A DNA stretch of 51,418 nt from a virus (taxonomy: Duplodnaviria > Caudoviricetes), in the IMG/VR virus record IMGVR_UViG_3300011416_000014, positions 1 through 51,418 of that record; one strand, given 5' to 3'. The notes below the pieces were generated by a model, which saw only the letters and a list, made by a program, of their open reading frames with translations, was not told where the DNA came from and did no database searches. Shown here piece by piece: positions 8,672 to 18,725 of the stretch. A program made the position numbers and the translations under genes. Each line of letters opens with the position of its first letter. The first letter of the stretch is position 1.

Positions 8672-9192
8672 CGTGCCCACCTTTCTTTGTCCCCGAGTCG
8701 GTAGACCGCGAAGAGAATCTGCACGTCGAGAAGGCCCCACCCGCCCTGATGGAAGCCGGAGCCTTTCACTGCATGCCACAGCTCGTTCTTGCTTGCGCCG
8801 ACCAGCTCGACGTGGCCTGGGCCGCCGCCGGGCGGTCCGGTGACGACGATGTCCCCGGGCTCAACCAGGTACTGGCCATTCACGGGCTCTACCTTGCTGC
8901 AGGGAGTGTAGCGGCGCGCAAGCTCGCGCACCGCAGCGATGGCCTTTGCTCGGCTGTGCATGGATGTGTCCGCTGGCATGCCCGCCTTGCGCGCACGAAA
9001 GCGCCCGTCCAATTCGTCGATGACTCCGAATACCGCCCCGATGCAGTCGGCACCCAGCTGCTTGAAGCTCTGGCCGGATTCGTAGGGGGTGCCGCGCCAG
9101 GCCGTTAACGCGCAACTGAGGCTCCACATGATGTCCTGGCCACCAGGGATCGGCTGCCAGACCATCGCAGGCCCGTAGACGCGGGCGCTCAC
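8668..9192 (-). CDS. NlpC/P60 family tail peptidase
   Basis: WRGTPY..G....GADCIG (catalytic Cys), PGDIV, GHVELV, WHA; GTGA overlap with the upstream gene. Confidence 0.85.
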   Translation of the reverse strand: MSARVYGPAMVWQPIPGGQDIMWSLSCALTAWRGTPYESGQSFKQLGADCIGAVFGVIDELDGRFRARKAGMPADTSMHSRAKAIAAVRELARRYTPCSKVEPVNGQYLVEPGDIVVTGPPGGGPGHVELVGASKNELWHAVKGSGFHQGGWGLLDVQILFAVYRLGDKERWAR

Positions 9193-10031
9193 GTTGGGCT
9201 CTCCAGGTTTGGCTGGTAGGAGGGGATGGCATAGCCAGGCCCCATGAAGAACTCCTCCGCATCGAACCGTGCGCGGCAGGTTTCGATCGTCTTGTCGCAA
9301 CCTGGAACGGCACGGATGTCGCTGCTGCCGCCGATCCAGTCAGTCGGCACACGCCGAACCATGAAGAGCTTCGTGGGATCGACCGAACCGTCGTAATCAC
9401 GGATGCCTACGCGCAGGCCGTCCTTCTCCAGGTAGCCGCGCTTCCAGTATCGGGGATCGGCCGTGCCGGGGCCGGTGATCGCCACGTCAGTGATAGTCAC
9501 TTCCTGTCCGTCTACCGAGTCGATCTCGGTGAGAACGTCGAAGTCATCTTCGTCCACCCCGCAACCGCCGTGGAACAAGGTCCACGCGCAATGGTGATTG
9601 CAAGGAATGCCCATGGAAACGTCCAGGCGAGACTTCTGGGTCAGGGCGAAGAAAGCTACTTGATTGCGCTTTCCCTGGAAGTTCTTGGTAGTTCTGATGA
9701 CTCGGCCGCGGAACAGAACCTTCAGCGCCGACTGATCGCCAGCGAACAGGCCCTGAGTCAACTCCTCGATCTTCACGAACATGGGAGAGTGGGGGGTGCC
9801 GTCACCAGCGCGGCCGGTGAAATCATCGACGGGCAGAATGATGCGGGTTTCTCGCTTGTCGAACGTGGCTTCGTTGTCGGCAAGTTGCACAGACATGCGG
9901 GGCTCGGGAGTGTGGCCCAGAAATGACTGATCCCAGTCGGTGTACTTCGCCTGAGTAGCGGCCCCGTCCCCGTAGTTGAACGTCACGAGGAGAAAGCTCT
10001 CTTTCTCCGGTCTTGCGTCTGCTCTCACCAT
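9189..10031 (-). CDS. DUF2163/BR0599-like tail tip (hub) protein
   Basis: C..HC..TLF..GC and PGCDKTIETCRARF..F.GP..IP Cys motif; position between the distal tail gene and NlpC. Confidence 0.85.
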   Translation of the reverse strand: MVRADARPEKESFLLVTFNYGDGAATQAKYTDWDQSFLGHTPEPRMSVQLADNEATFDKRETRIILPVDDFTGRAGDGTPHSPMFVKIEELTQGLFAGDQSALKVLFRGRVIRTTKNFQGKRNQVAFFALTQKSRLDVSMGIPCNHHCAWTLFHGGCGVDEDDFDVLTEIDSVDGQEVTITDVAITGPGTADPRYWKRGYLEKDGLRVGIRDYDGSVDPTKLFMVRRVPTDWIGGSSDIRAVPGCDKTIETCRARFDAEEFFMGPGYAIPSYQPNLESPT

Positions 10032-10041
10032 CGGTTGCCTC

Positions 10042-11673
10042 CTAGGTGGTGGGGAAATCTTCTTCGTTCAGCACTTCGATGATCTCGACCCCACAGTTCA
10101 TGTAGTTGGTGTGCTGCCAGGTCTCGGTGAAGGCGTCACTCTCGAACCTGCTCAATCGGGCTCGCGCAATGCGCGCCACGTCCGCAGGATCCAAATTGAT
10201 GTCGATCGGGTCGTCCATCGTGATGCGGAAAACCGTCAATACCTGATCGATCGTGACGGCTTCGCGCACGTAGACCATGCCGTCGTTCATGATGATCCCG
10301 ACGTGCTCGAACTCTTCCTGAAAGTCGGCCAGGTCGCCGATCTCCGCCACGCTGATGAAGGTGCCGGTTGGGTCGATGTCGACGGTTTCGAAGTATTGAT
10401 CCTGGTCGATGTGCCAGAAGCTGCGCAGGCGCCCGCGACGGGTCTCGAAGAACTCCAAGACGTTCCACATCTCGTCGCGCTTGCCGGTGAGCACGTACTT
10501 ATGGACCTGGCGGCTTCGGTCGCCCTCGGCGTTCACGAAGTCGGCGCGGCCGGCGTCTGAACGATCGCCGTAGCGCGACCTTCCCTTCGTGATCCCCTGC
10601 ACCCAGTCAGGCTCTTCGTACCAAATCGGGCGGCCGTTATAAATCTCGGCGCCCGTGGGGTTGTCAGAGCGTAGCGGCGGCAACTGAGAGGCGCCCGGGG
10701 CCTCGGCCATCGTGATCTTCACGACGGGCACCCGCGCGGTCTGGTAGTTGGCCTCTACCTCCAGGATGACCTCGCAGTCCATCATCGGGAAGACCAGCGA
10801 GCCGGCGGCCACGTCGACCCCGAGTGGATCTTCGAACGTCAGGCTGTTGTTGCTCTTCCCTTCGATGATGTGGAATGAGAATGAGACCGGCACGAAATCC
10901 TTGTCGACCTGCACGATTGCCACGCGCTGGCCGAGAAAGAAGCGTGCCTTGGTGGTGTCGACGACAATCGTCGAGTCGGCTGCATCATAGGCCGCATCCA
11001 GTTCACGCTGATCCATGTAGATGGGCACGGGGAAGCGCTGATCGGTCAGCCGGCGCAGCGCGACCTCGATTCGCTCCAGCCGTGCAAGATCGATGTGGGC
11101 GCAGATCATCCACTCCAGGTCCAGCGTGCGGAAGGGCTTCAAGGTCAGCCCGCGGCGAGAGTCCGCGCCGGAGTCAGGCGAGTGAACCACGCTGGTGCGG
11201 AACGAGCTGGTCATCTTGGCTTGCGTAGCCCAGTTGTGCAGGAACACATGGGCATCGTCAGGCAGGGCCAGAGGGTCGACCGGGCCAGCGGAGCCTTGAC
11301 GGGCCAGCACCTCGATCGATACCCGCGAGCACTGGATCTCAGCGCCCGTGGCATCGAACTGCCCAGCGACCATTACGTCCTCGCGTGTGACGCCGGCCTG
11401 CGCGACCTCCTCGGCCAGAACCTCGATCGAGAGCCGCGAGGTTTGCACTTCGTCGGTGCCGTCGAACTCCCCGGCTACCTGCACGTCTTCGCGGGTGACG
11501 CCGGCCTGTTTGGGATCCTCCCCTAGCACTTCGATCGACAAGCGTGACGTGCGAACTTCTTCGGTGCCATCCATGTTGGCGCCGACCTGCACGTCCTCGC
11601 GAGTAACGTCGCACACCGTGCCCTCGTCGCCGAGGATCTCGATGTTCAGCCGTGATGTGTTTACGGCGACCAT
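10042..11673 (-). CDS. Distal-tail (DUF2460-like) protein with N-terminal 36-aa repeats
   Basis: HNWA...TSVVHSPDSGADSRR.L..KPFR and FFETRRGRLRSFW motifs; position downstream of the tape measure gene. Confidence 0.7.
   Translation of the reverse strand: MVAVNTSRLNIEILGDEGTVCDVTREDVQVGANMDGTEEVRTSRLSIEVLGEDPKQAGVTREDVQVAGEFDGTDEVQTSRLSIEVLAEEVAQAGVTREDVMVAGQFDATGAEIQCSRVSIEVLARQGSAGPVDPLALPDDAHVFLHNWATQAKMTSSFRTSVVHSPDSGADSRRGLTLKPFRTLDLEWMICAHIDLARLERIEVALRRLTDQRFPVPIYMDQRELDAAYDAADSTIVVDTTKARFFLGQRVAIVQVDKDFVPVSFSFHIIEGKSNNSLTFEDPLGVDVAAGSLVFPMMDCEVILEVEANYQTARVPVVKITMAEAPGASQLPPLRSDNPTGAEIYNGRPIWYEEPDWVQGITKGRSRYGDRSDAGRADFVNAEGDRSRQVHKYVLTGKRDEMWNVLEFFETRRGRLRSFWHIDQDQYFETVDIDPTGTFISVAEIGDLADFQEEFEHVGIIMNDGMVYVREAVTIDQVLTVFRITMDDPIDINLDPADVARIARARLSRFESDAFTETWQHTNYMNCGVEIIEVLNEEDFPTT
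11292..11660 (-). repeat. About 3.5 tandem copies of a 36-aa (108-bp) coding repeat
   Basis: VTREDVQV...DGTxEVxTSRLSIEVL recurs three times, plus a partial N-terminal copy. Confidence 0.85.
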
Positions 11674-12806
11674 CAGCCGTCGTTCCGCACGCCGTACTGG
11701 TAGGAGTTGAGATCAGCGATATCCCAGTCCGTGAGGGTGTTGGGGTCGTCCTCTAGCACCGCCGCAGACGCCTCGTAGGTGGTGCTGTCGACGTTCAGGG
11801 CGGTGCCGGCGTCCGTCTCCGCGGGAGTGCCGGTAGTCTTCCGGAAGAAATGCGCGATGTCCAAGTCCCCTGTCGTTTCCATGCGGGCGACGATGTCATG
11901 GCGCACACCGATGATGGTCGTGCCGGGTGCGATCAGGGCCACTAGAGGGTCCACCGTGGCTAGCGTGATGTCGGTGGGGACCTGGCTAGTGACGCGGGGA
12001 TCGTCGTCAGCCTCGCTGATCGTCTCGTCCCAAGCCTCGTTCAGGGTGGCGGCGTCGGCCAACACCCACTCGTCGGTGGCGCCAGCAGCCAGGGGCTTCT
12101 GTTCCTCGATCAGGATCTTGCCGAGGAAGTCGTTGTTCTTCGTGCCGGTGCTGTCGCACACATAGATGTCGTCGACCGCAACCTCCGTCACCGAGTTGCC
12201 GGTAATCATCGACAAGGAGAAGCGGTCAGCGCCCGTGGTGGCCTGGTTCTGGGTATCCACGCCGGTGTTGGCTGCATCCCAGGTCAAGGCGATCGGCACG
12301 TCGCTGATAGAGGGCTTCTGCGTGAACTGATACTGCCCGGAGAACTCGCCCGTCGCATTGTCGATCGTGACCTTGAACTCGAAGAACACCCAGAGAGAGG
12401 GGCTGTTGTCGGCAATGAAGAAGCCTTCGACGGACGTGGCAAGCTCAACAGCTCCCCGCATGACGCGGATGCGGTACAGGTTGCCGCCGGGCTTGCTCTT
12501 CAACTCTTCGAAGAACTCGAACCGGATCTGTTCGCCATCCCCGTTCCGCATGGCAACATACGGGATGTCGGGATTGTTGATCTTGTCGTCGTCGTGCGAG
12601 CGGAAGGCCAGGCCGATGATCCAAGTGTTCTCCACCGAGGAGAACGGCTTGGTGGTGAACAAGGCATCGTCGGACGTGATCGCCACGCCTCCGGTCTCAC
12701 TGGCCCCAGCCGCCTGTGTGATGGTGCCGGTCATCGTGTTGTAGGTTCGCGCCAAGTGAGTGGTGTTGATCGAGGCGTCGAAGCCTTCGAGCCATTTGAG
12801 GGCCAT
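11673..12806 (-). CDS. Minor tail protein, beta-sandwich type (paralog B)
   Basis: Start MALKWLEGFD at 12806 (TAATG overlap); W.FFEFKV, DDIYVCD.TG.KNNDFLG and W.IADLN..QYGV shared with paralog A. Confidence 0.75.
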   Translation of the reverse strand: MALKWLEGFDASINTTHLARTYNTMTGTITQAAGASETGGVAITSDDALFTTKPFSSVENTWIIGLAFRSHDDDKINNPDIPYVAMRNGDGEQIRFEFFEELKSKPGGNLYRIRVMRGAVELATSVEGFFIADNSPSLWVFFEFKVTIDNATGEFSGQYQFTQKPSISDVPIALTWDAANTGVDTQNQATTGADRFSLSMITGNSVTEVAVDDIYVCDSTGTKNNDFLGKILIEEQKPLAAGATDEWVLADAATLNEAWDETISEADDDPRVTSQVPTDITLATVDPLVALIAPGTTIIGVRHDIVARMETTGDLDIAHFFRKTTGTPAETDAGTALNVDSTTYEASAAVLEDDPNTLTDWDIADLNSYQYGVRNDG

Positions 12807-13852
12807 TAGCTGACGACCTCCATGCCGAACTGCCCACCGTCGATGTCCGCCACATCCCAGGGCGCGGCCGACACGGGGTTCTCCTGGAAGACCTGCGTGA
12901 ACTCGTCGAAGGTCGTGCTGTTCACGACGTGTGAGTCGCCGTCCGCCTCGGTCGTGCTGGGATCGCGATACTTGGTCTTCACGGTGCGCGTGCCGGCCGC
13001 AGCCATGCCAAGTTGGATGCCCAGTTGCACGGCATGGATCGTGCCAGTGATCTGCGTGAGATCCTCGAAGTTGTAGGTATCCTTCTGGCCGTTGGTGTCC
13101 GAGCCGACCGTGCCTCCAGCACCAACATCGTCGGGTGCCTGATCGAAGGCATCGTCCACCGACGTGAAACTGTCGCCAGTGCCGTTGTTCGTCCACTGGA
13201 TCGTGGTGCCGTTGGCGTTGGGGACCTTGCCTTCGACGATGGACGGACTGAGGAAGTCATTGTTCACTGCCCCCGTGCCGTTGAGCACGTACATATCATC
13301 GAGGCGCAGGATCGTGCTGACGTTGGCACTGAAGCGCCAGGCATGGATATCTGCCCCGTCAACGCCGCTGTCGGCCAGGTCGACGCCGGAGCCAGAAATG
13401 TCCGTCACGCCGTTGATGCGCAACTCGTAGGAGCCGTTGACCCCGGTGCGCAGCACCAGCTTGACCTCTACATAGTGCCACACCGCAAAGTCGGTGTAGC
13501 TGGACGTGGCGATGGTGGTCGCGCCCCTCTTGATGTGGAAGCGCACCCCTAGACCGCTGGTGCTCTCGAACTCGACGTGGGCCTGTTCGTCAACGCCGCG
13601 CTCGAAGTACAGCCCCTGGCTGCCGGTGTTCAGCAACGTGCTATGCGCATTGAAGCGGAAGCCGAAGCCTACGATCATCGTGTTGTCGGTGCCGAACGAC
13701 GGCGTCACCGCGACCCAAGATAACGGGCCGCCGGCCGTGCCGAACACGCGGCCTGGCTGAGAGATCGTCGAGCCGCTCACGCTGGCGTACTTGCGCGCCT
13801 GTTGCGAGGCGTTCAAGTGAGTCTCGAAGCCCTCGATCCATACACAGGCCAT
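12806..13852 (-). CDS. Minor tail protein, beta-sandwich/lectin-like (paralog A)
   Basis: MACVWIEGFE, WHYVEVK, DDMYVLNGTG..NNDFL, W.VADID..QFGM; immediately after the tape measure gene. Confidence 0.75.
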   Translation of the reverse strand: MACVWIEGFETHLNASQQARKYASVSGSTISQPGRVFGTAGGPLSWVAVTPSFGTDNTMIVGFGFRFNAHSTLLNTGSQGLYFERGVDEQAHVEFESTSGLGVRFHIKRGATTIATSSYTDFAVWHYVEVKLVLRTGVNGSYELRINGVTDISGSGVDLADSGVDGADIHAWRFSANVSTILRLDDMYVLNGTGAVNNDFLSPSIVEGKVPNANGTTIQWTNNGTGDSFTSVDDAFDQAPDDVGAGGTVGSDTNGQKDTYNFEDLTQITGTIHAVQLGIQLGMAAAGTRTVKTKYRDPSTTEADGDSHVVNSTTFDEFTQVFQENPVSAAPWDVADIDGGQFGMEVVS

Positions 13853-13854
13853 GG

Positions 13855-16800
13855 TTATCTCCGTGCTACGCTGCGATCGAGGATGGCGTTGATGCTGCCA
13901 CCGTTCTCTCGCATGAATGCCAGCAGTGCGTTGCGCCCGCCCGCGGCGAGCTGATCCATCTCTCGGTCGCGAGCGACCACGGCCGGCACCACGGTGACGG
14001 TCGCGCCGCCCTCCTGGCCGCCGGCCGATCGTGCCGTTTCTAGCCTATCGGCGACCAGCCCGCCAGTGCGCATTCCCATCTTGGGAGCTGCTGCCTGCGC
14101 GCTGGAACTCGCTGTGACGGGAAAGTTTCCCTTGTTCATGGCTTCGAGGGTGCCCAATCCCAAGGAGTCGACTGCCTCCTTGGAGAACACGAACTCCCCG
14201 GGCCGCAGCCACGCCGGCACGGTGTCGAGCGGCGAGATCCCCGCCGGCCGCCCGCCGGCCGCCAGGCCCTGCGCGTGGGCGTGGGCGCCGCTGGCCCGCC
14301 GGCCGGTGCGCTTGACCTCGCCGCCGTGCCTGAAGCTCGCCGGGACCTCGCCGCCCTCGCTGAACCCGAGGCGCAGGATGGCCTTCGCGATGGCCAACTG
14401 GATCAGCTGGTTCAGGATGATCTGCGCGACCTGCTGCATGAAGCGGGCGAAGCTCTCCAGCAGGGTCTGGTCCTTGGTGGGGTCGAAGGCGTCCACGATG
14501 CTCTGGCTGATGAAGCTCGCCAGCGCGGCCGTGGACTGCTTGGTGATCTCCACGCCGGCCTGGAAGGTGGAGGAGAACTCCTCTGCGAACTGCTTGAAGC
14601 CCTCTCTCAAGCCCTGCGTCAGGCTGCCGTTGGCGACCAGCTCGGCCTCGCGCTTGGCGGCCTCCAACTGCTGGATCCGCAGGTCCAGGATCTCTTGCTC
14701 CAGGTCCCGGCGAGTCGTGAGCTGCTCCAGCACGGCCTGCAGGGCAGCCGCCTCGGCGCCGGCCGGCGCCGCACTGATGCGGGCCTGCAGCGCGCGGATC
14801 TCTGCGTCGGCGGTCTGGCGAGCAATGTTCCGCTCGGCCTCGGCGACCCCCACGGCGGCCTGTGCCGCGATCAGGGCCTGTTGCTGCGGCCCCAGCCGGG
14901 CAACCTGCGCCGCGGTCACGGCGCGCTCGGACGCTACCTGCGCCTGCAGGAGTTGGTTCTCCTGTCGGAGTGTTGGGAGGAGGGTGGCAGCCTCGGTCGC
15001 CGAGCGAGTGAGCGCCAGTCGGTTGGCGTCGACCACTGCAAGGTTGATCGCCTCGCGCAGGTCTTCCTCGTCCCGCAGCAGCGAGAGCAGTTCGCCCTCT
15101 TCCTTCTTCTGGACTCCGTCAGAGATCAGCTTGTCGATCTGCTGGCCGGTCTTGGCCAGCTCAGAGCGGATCTGCAGCAACCTCTCAGCCGACTCGACCT
15201 CTTGCTGGTTGAAGTTCGACTCTACTTGCCCGCCGAAACCGCCGACGCCGGCCGATTTCGTCGCAAGGTCGAACTGGATTCGGGACTTCTCGATCTCCTT
15301 GTTGACCTCGAACAGCGACTCGGCCAGTTCGTTGATCGGCTTGTCGGCCGTCGACACGAAGGTCTGCGCAGCCCGGACAGCATCTTCCGCGGCCTTGGCA
15401 GCATCGAAGTTAGGATCGAAGCCGGCTCCGCGCGTATCTTCTTTGGCAGCCTCGCCGATGATCGCCGCGATCTCGTTCTCGATCTCCAACTGCTTCGCTG
15501 CGAACGTGCGGCGGATCAGGCCGATCCTTTCCTCGGACTCCTCGCGGCGTTTGGCTCGGGCAATATCCGAAGCCAACTCGTCCTTAAGCTGCTCGTCTGC
15601 GAGCCGCTCGGCAGTTTCAGCGTCACCAAAGAGAGACGCGATGATTGCTCGGCCACGCTTGGCCTTGTCAATCGACTCGGCGATGACCTTATCGAGGGCA
15701 CCGCCGATCGCATTGCTGATCGTCTCGCCAAGAACGCTGACGACTTCGACCACCTTGAAGAAGGCTCCCTGCAGGCCCCGTCCAACCAGCCGAACGGTGT
15801 CCCCGAGACTCAGTTCGACCCCGAAAATCTTCTCGGCGATCAGCTCGAAGCCTTTGGTGAGCAGGCCCAGGGCAGCCACGAATGCTCCGACAAGGAAGAG
15901 CGAACGGGTGATTGCAGGCGGGATCGACTTGATGAGCGAGAGAACCTTCGCCCACTCGATCCCCAGCAACTTGGTGGCCGTGCGAAACAGGACGACACTG
16001 GACAGCGCGATGCCGATCGCAGCGGCGATCCCTCCCACCGCTCGTGCGCTCAGGCCCAGCAGATCGGTGACTTCGCGCACGATGAAGGCCAGGGCGTTGA
16101 AGGCCGCGCCGAACACCCGCGCTGCGCCGATACCGGCCTGGATCGCCACGTTCAGGCCGGTGGCGATGGACCTCACCAGGTTCTGAAGGCCCTCGAAGCC
16201 AAACTCCTCGGCAAGTTCGCGGGCAGATTGCACGCCGTCACGCAGCGCCTCGAACAACGTGCGGAAGGCGGCGACCGCTTCGGGGTTGGGCTTGATGTTG
16301 CCGGCCGCATCGGTGATGGTCAACACGTCGTCGAAGAACTCGTTGCCGAGATCCAGCAGTTCTTCGAACAAGGGCTGCGCAGCATTGCCCAGCAGCTCCT
16401 GAGTCGCGCCAGTGACCAGCTGGCGGATACCGCTGAGAGTAGTGCGAGCTTGCCTCTCGGCCGCTGCAGCGAAGCCGGAGAAGCGCTCTTCCAGGAAGTC
16501 GAACAGCTCGCCGGTCTCGCGCAGCCGGCGGATGTCGGCGTTGGTGATGCCGAGGGCCGTGGCGATGCGGGTCGTGCGGGCCTGGATGGTGCCCGACAAC
16601 AGCGAGCGAACTTCCTCGGCCAGTTGGTTCTGCGGCACGCCGAGCGCCGAGGCGGCCTGGCTGATGTCGACCGTCAGCTTGCGGATCTCGTCGAGATCCA
16701 GTCCGGCGGCAAGGCCGGGGCCGACGGCAACCTGGAACGTGTCGAGCAACTCCTCGAACGTCGCCACCGTGCGCAGCGAATCCTGGCGCAGCTTCTTCAC

Positions 16801-17751
16801 TTGATCCCGGGCGATGCCCAAGGCCAGGTTCAACTCCTCGGTACTGTCCACCGAGTCGCCGAAGCTGTTGCGCACGTCGCCCAGGGTGGCCACCAGACCG
16901 GCGATGCCGGTGGTGCTGGCCTCGATCGTGTCGTTGAACCGGATGCCGGCGCTGACCAAGTCCTGGAACAGTTGCACGCCGCGCCGCGCCAACGTGAAGA
17001 TGGCCAGGACGCCGATCAACCGGCGGAAGGTGAAGAGTAGCCGACTGCCGGCGTTGGCCGAGCCGTTGAGTGACTGCTCCAGTTCGCGTGCGCGGCGAAT
17101 CGTGTCCCGTCCGCCGATGACATCACCGCCCGCAAACTGCCCTCGGGCTTTGGTGCGCAGCTGTTGGATCTGTGCCAGTGCTACCTGCTGTTGGAACAAC
17201 TCGCGCGTGATCCGGCGCTGGGCCTGTACCTCGGCATTGAGGCGATCGGCCTTTTCACGGTCCGAGCGCTCGGCCGCGATCAGCCGGGCGGTCAGGCGTT
17301 GGCGCTGCTGCTCGGCGCGGGCCACAGCTGCGATGGCCTGTTGCTGTCGCTTCAGATCCTGCTCCTCCGCACGGATGGCAGCACGGCGAGCAGCCGCCTC
17401 CCGGCGGGCGTCAGCATTCTGCCTGGCACTGATGCGGGCACCCTCGCGCTCGATGACTGCGCGTTCTTTGGCCCGCAGAGCCAGCTCGCGCTGCAGCTTC
17501 TCCTCTTCCGTCAACGGCTTCTGCGCCGCCCGCGATGCCCGGGCCTGCTCTTGCTGTGCCTTGGCCAGGTCGCGGGCGGCTGCAGCCGTGTCCCGCAGAG
17601 CGCGTGCCGAGCCGCGCTGAGTCTTCAGATCGGCCTGGAAATCGCGGAACGCCGCCTTGGCGCTGCGCAGCTCCTCGCGGAACAGCGCGGTGGTTGCCGA
17701 GAACTCGTCTCGGACCCTGATCGGGTAGTTCAACCCTCCGCGATCGACCAT
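13855..17751 (-). CDS. Tape measure protein
   Basis: 1298 aa, Ala/Glu/Arg-rich helical, central hydrophobic stretch, C-terminal GG.V..DTVPAWLRPGEFV; follows the tail chaperones. Confidence 0.9.
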   Translation of the reverse strand: MVDRGGLNYPIRVRDEFSATTALFREELRSAKAAFRDFQADLKTQRGSARALRDTAAAARDLAKAQQEQARASRAAQKPLTEEEKLQRELALRAKERAVIEREGARISARQNADARREAAARRAAIRAEEQDLKRQQQAIAAVARAEQQRQRLTARLIAAERSDREKADRLNAEVQAQRRITRELFQQQVALAQIQQLRTKARGQFAGGDVIGGRDTIRRARELEQSLNGSANAGSRLLFTFRRLIGVLAIFTLARRGVQLFQDLVSAGIRFNDTIEASTTGIAGLVATLGDVRNSFGDSVDSTEELNLALGIARDQVKKLRQDSLRTVATFEELLDTFQVAVGPGLAAGLDLDEIRKLTVDISQAASALGVPQNQLAEEVRSLLSGTIQARTTRIATALGITNADIRRLRETGELFDFLEERFSGFAAAAERQARTTLSGIRQLVTGATQELLGNAAQPLFEELLDLGNEFFDDVLTITDAAGNIKPNPEAVAAFRTLFEALRDGVQSARELAEEFGFEGLQNLVRSIATGLNVAIQAGIGAARVFGAAFNALAFIVREVTDLLGLSARAVGGIAAAIGIALSSVVLFRTATKLLGIEWAKVLSLIKSIPPAITRSLFLVGAFVAALGLLTKGFELIAEKIFGVELSLGDTVRLVGRGLQGAFFKVVEVVSVLGETISNAIGGALDKVIAESIDKAKRGRAIIASLFGDAETAERLADEQLKDELASDIARAKRREESEERIGLIRRTFAAKQLEIENEIAAIIGEAAKEDTRGAGFDPNFDAAKAAEDAVRAAQTFVSTADKPINELAESLFEVNKEIEKSRIQFDLATKSAGVGGFGGQVESNFNQQEVESAERLLQIRSELAKTGQQIDKLISDGVQKKEEGELLSLLRDEEDLREAINLAVVDANRLALTRSATEAATLLPTLRQENQLLQAQVASERAVTAAQVARLGPQQQALIAAQAAVGVAEAERNIARQTADAEIRALQARISAAPAGAEAAALQAVLEQLTTRRDLEQEILDLRIQQLEAAKREAELVANGSLTQGLREGFKQFAEEFSSTFQAGVEITKQSTAALASFISQSIVDAFDPTKDQTLLESFARFMQQVAQIILNQLIQLAIAKAILRLGFSEGGEVPASFRHGGEVKRTGRRASGAHAHAQGLAAGGRPAGISPLDTVPAWLRPGEFVFSKEAVDSLGLGTLEAMNKGNFPVTASSSAQAAAPKMGMRTGGLVADRLETARSAGGQEGGATVTVVPAVVARDREMDQLAAGGRNALLAFMRENGGSINAILDRSVARR

Positions 17752-17752
17752 C

Positions 17753-18100
17753 TCAAATGCTCCCGATGTCCCTCATGAACTGCTTGGAGTCGCCGGCTAC
17801 CTGCTTGAGTCCTGCGGCCTTGCGAATCTTCTTGGCGTGCTCGTTGATGTCCTTGCTGGTGGCTTGTGCGGCGTTGGCGGTGTCATAGATGTACGCGATG
17901 CGCTGCTGTGCTTGGTGCTTGTTGATGCTCTCCATCAAGGCGTTGAACTGCAGCAGATCGAGGCGGTCTAGGTACTCAGCGGAGAATCCTGCACCAACTG
18001 CAGCGACGAAGGCGTCTTGGAGGGCTCGCCACTGGTCGGGCTCATGCCCTCCGGCTCCTTCTTCGCCAAGCGGGAGTCGCGCAGGGACTCTAGCTTTGCC
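17753..18100 (-). CDS. Tail assembly chaperone GT extension (-1 frame; 5' boundary uncertain)
   Basis: Protein-like -1 frame (FVAAVGAGFSAEYLDRLDLLQFNALMES...) overlaps the chaperone's 3' end and stops 2 nt before the tape measure ATG; no clear own SD. Confidence 0.6.
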   Translation of the reverse strand, partial: GKARVPARLPLGEEGAGGHEPDQWRALQDAFVAAVGAGFSAEYLDRLDLLQFNALMESINKHQAQQRIAYIYDTANAAQATSKDINEHAKKIRKAAGLKQVAGDSKQFMRDIGSI

Positions 18101-18651
18101 TTTACGAGCCCGACCATGGATTCCCCCGAGGCACCGAAGACCTGTGCGTTGCCCTTCAGCCAGCCGCGCACCAGTTCGATCAGCAGAGGGATGTCCAGGC
18201 CGGTGTAGGTGTCGCTGCCGTCGCCGTACAGGAACGCCTCGACTTCGGCGATGGGGCGGTCGACCTTGTACGGGAACTCGTCGCGCAGGCTGTCCATCAG
18301 CAACAGGCCGATGAGGTTGCGATTGCGCATGTCGCACACGGAGTCGAAGAGAACTTCGATGGCGCGGTCCTTCTCGCGCTGGCGGTGCTGAGCCATCTCG
18401 GGGGTCAAGGCATCGGTGGTGATGTCCTCGATGTAGAACTCCCCGCCGTCCTTGGTGCGCTTGACGTTGCTCTTGGTGTCGCGGGACTCGTCTGCGAAGA
18501 GGGCGGCGATGGCCTTTGCCGCGGGGGCCGACAGGTTCTTCGCTTCGGTCAACAGACCCAAGCGGTTCGGGTAGAAGCGCAGGGTGTTCTCGCCGACCTT
18601 GTGCTCGACGTAGCGGCGTTCGCGAAAGGTGAAGCGTTCTTTCCAGCCCAC
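17968..18651 (-). CDS. Tail assembly chaperone (G-like)
   Basis: SD AGGAGG with GTG; located between the tail tube and tape measure genes. Confidence 0.75.
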   Translation of the reverse strand: MGWKERFTFRERRYVEHKVGENTLRFYPNRLGLLTEAKNLSAPAAKAIAALFADESRDTKSNVKRTKDGGEFYIEDITTDALTPEMAQHRQREKDRAIEVLFDSVCDMRNRNLIGLLLMDSLRDEFPYKVDRPIAEVEAFLYGDGSDTYTGLDIPLLIELVRGWLKGNAQVFGASGESMVGLVKAKLESLRDSRLAKKEPEGMSPTSGEPSKTPSSLQLVQDSPLST

Positions 18652-18671
18652 AGGTTTGCCTCCTGGTCTGA

Positions 18672-18701
18672 AGCGGCCCGGGCACGACTCACCGGGCCGC
18701 T
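18672..18701 (-). terminator. Stem-loop downstream of the tail tube gene
   Basis: 10-bp perfect stem AGCGGCCCGG/CCGGGCCGCT; no clear U-tract. Confidence 0.5.
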
Positions 18702-18725
18702 GAGATTACTGCTTGAAGCTAGCGA

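Noticed and set aside
13994-17040. Long + strand ORFs (730 and 921 aa) and similar antisense ORFs elsewhere (e.g. 20276..22303, 22261..24195, 3181..4647)
   Set aside because: Shadow frames of well-supported genes in high-GC DNA; no motifs or SD support.
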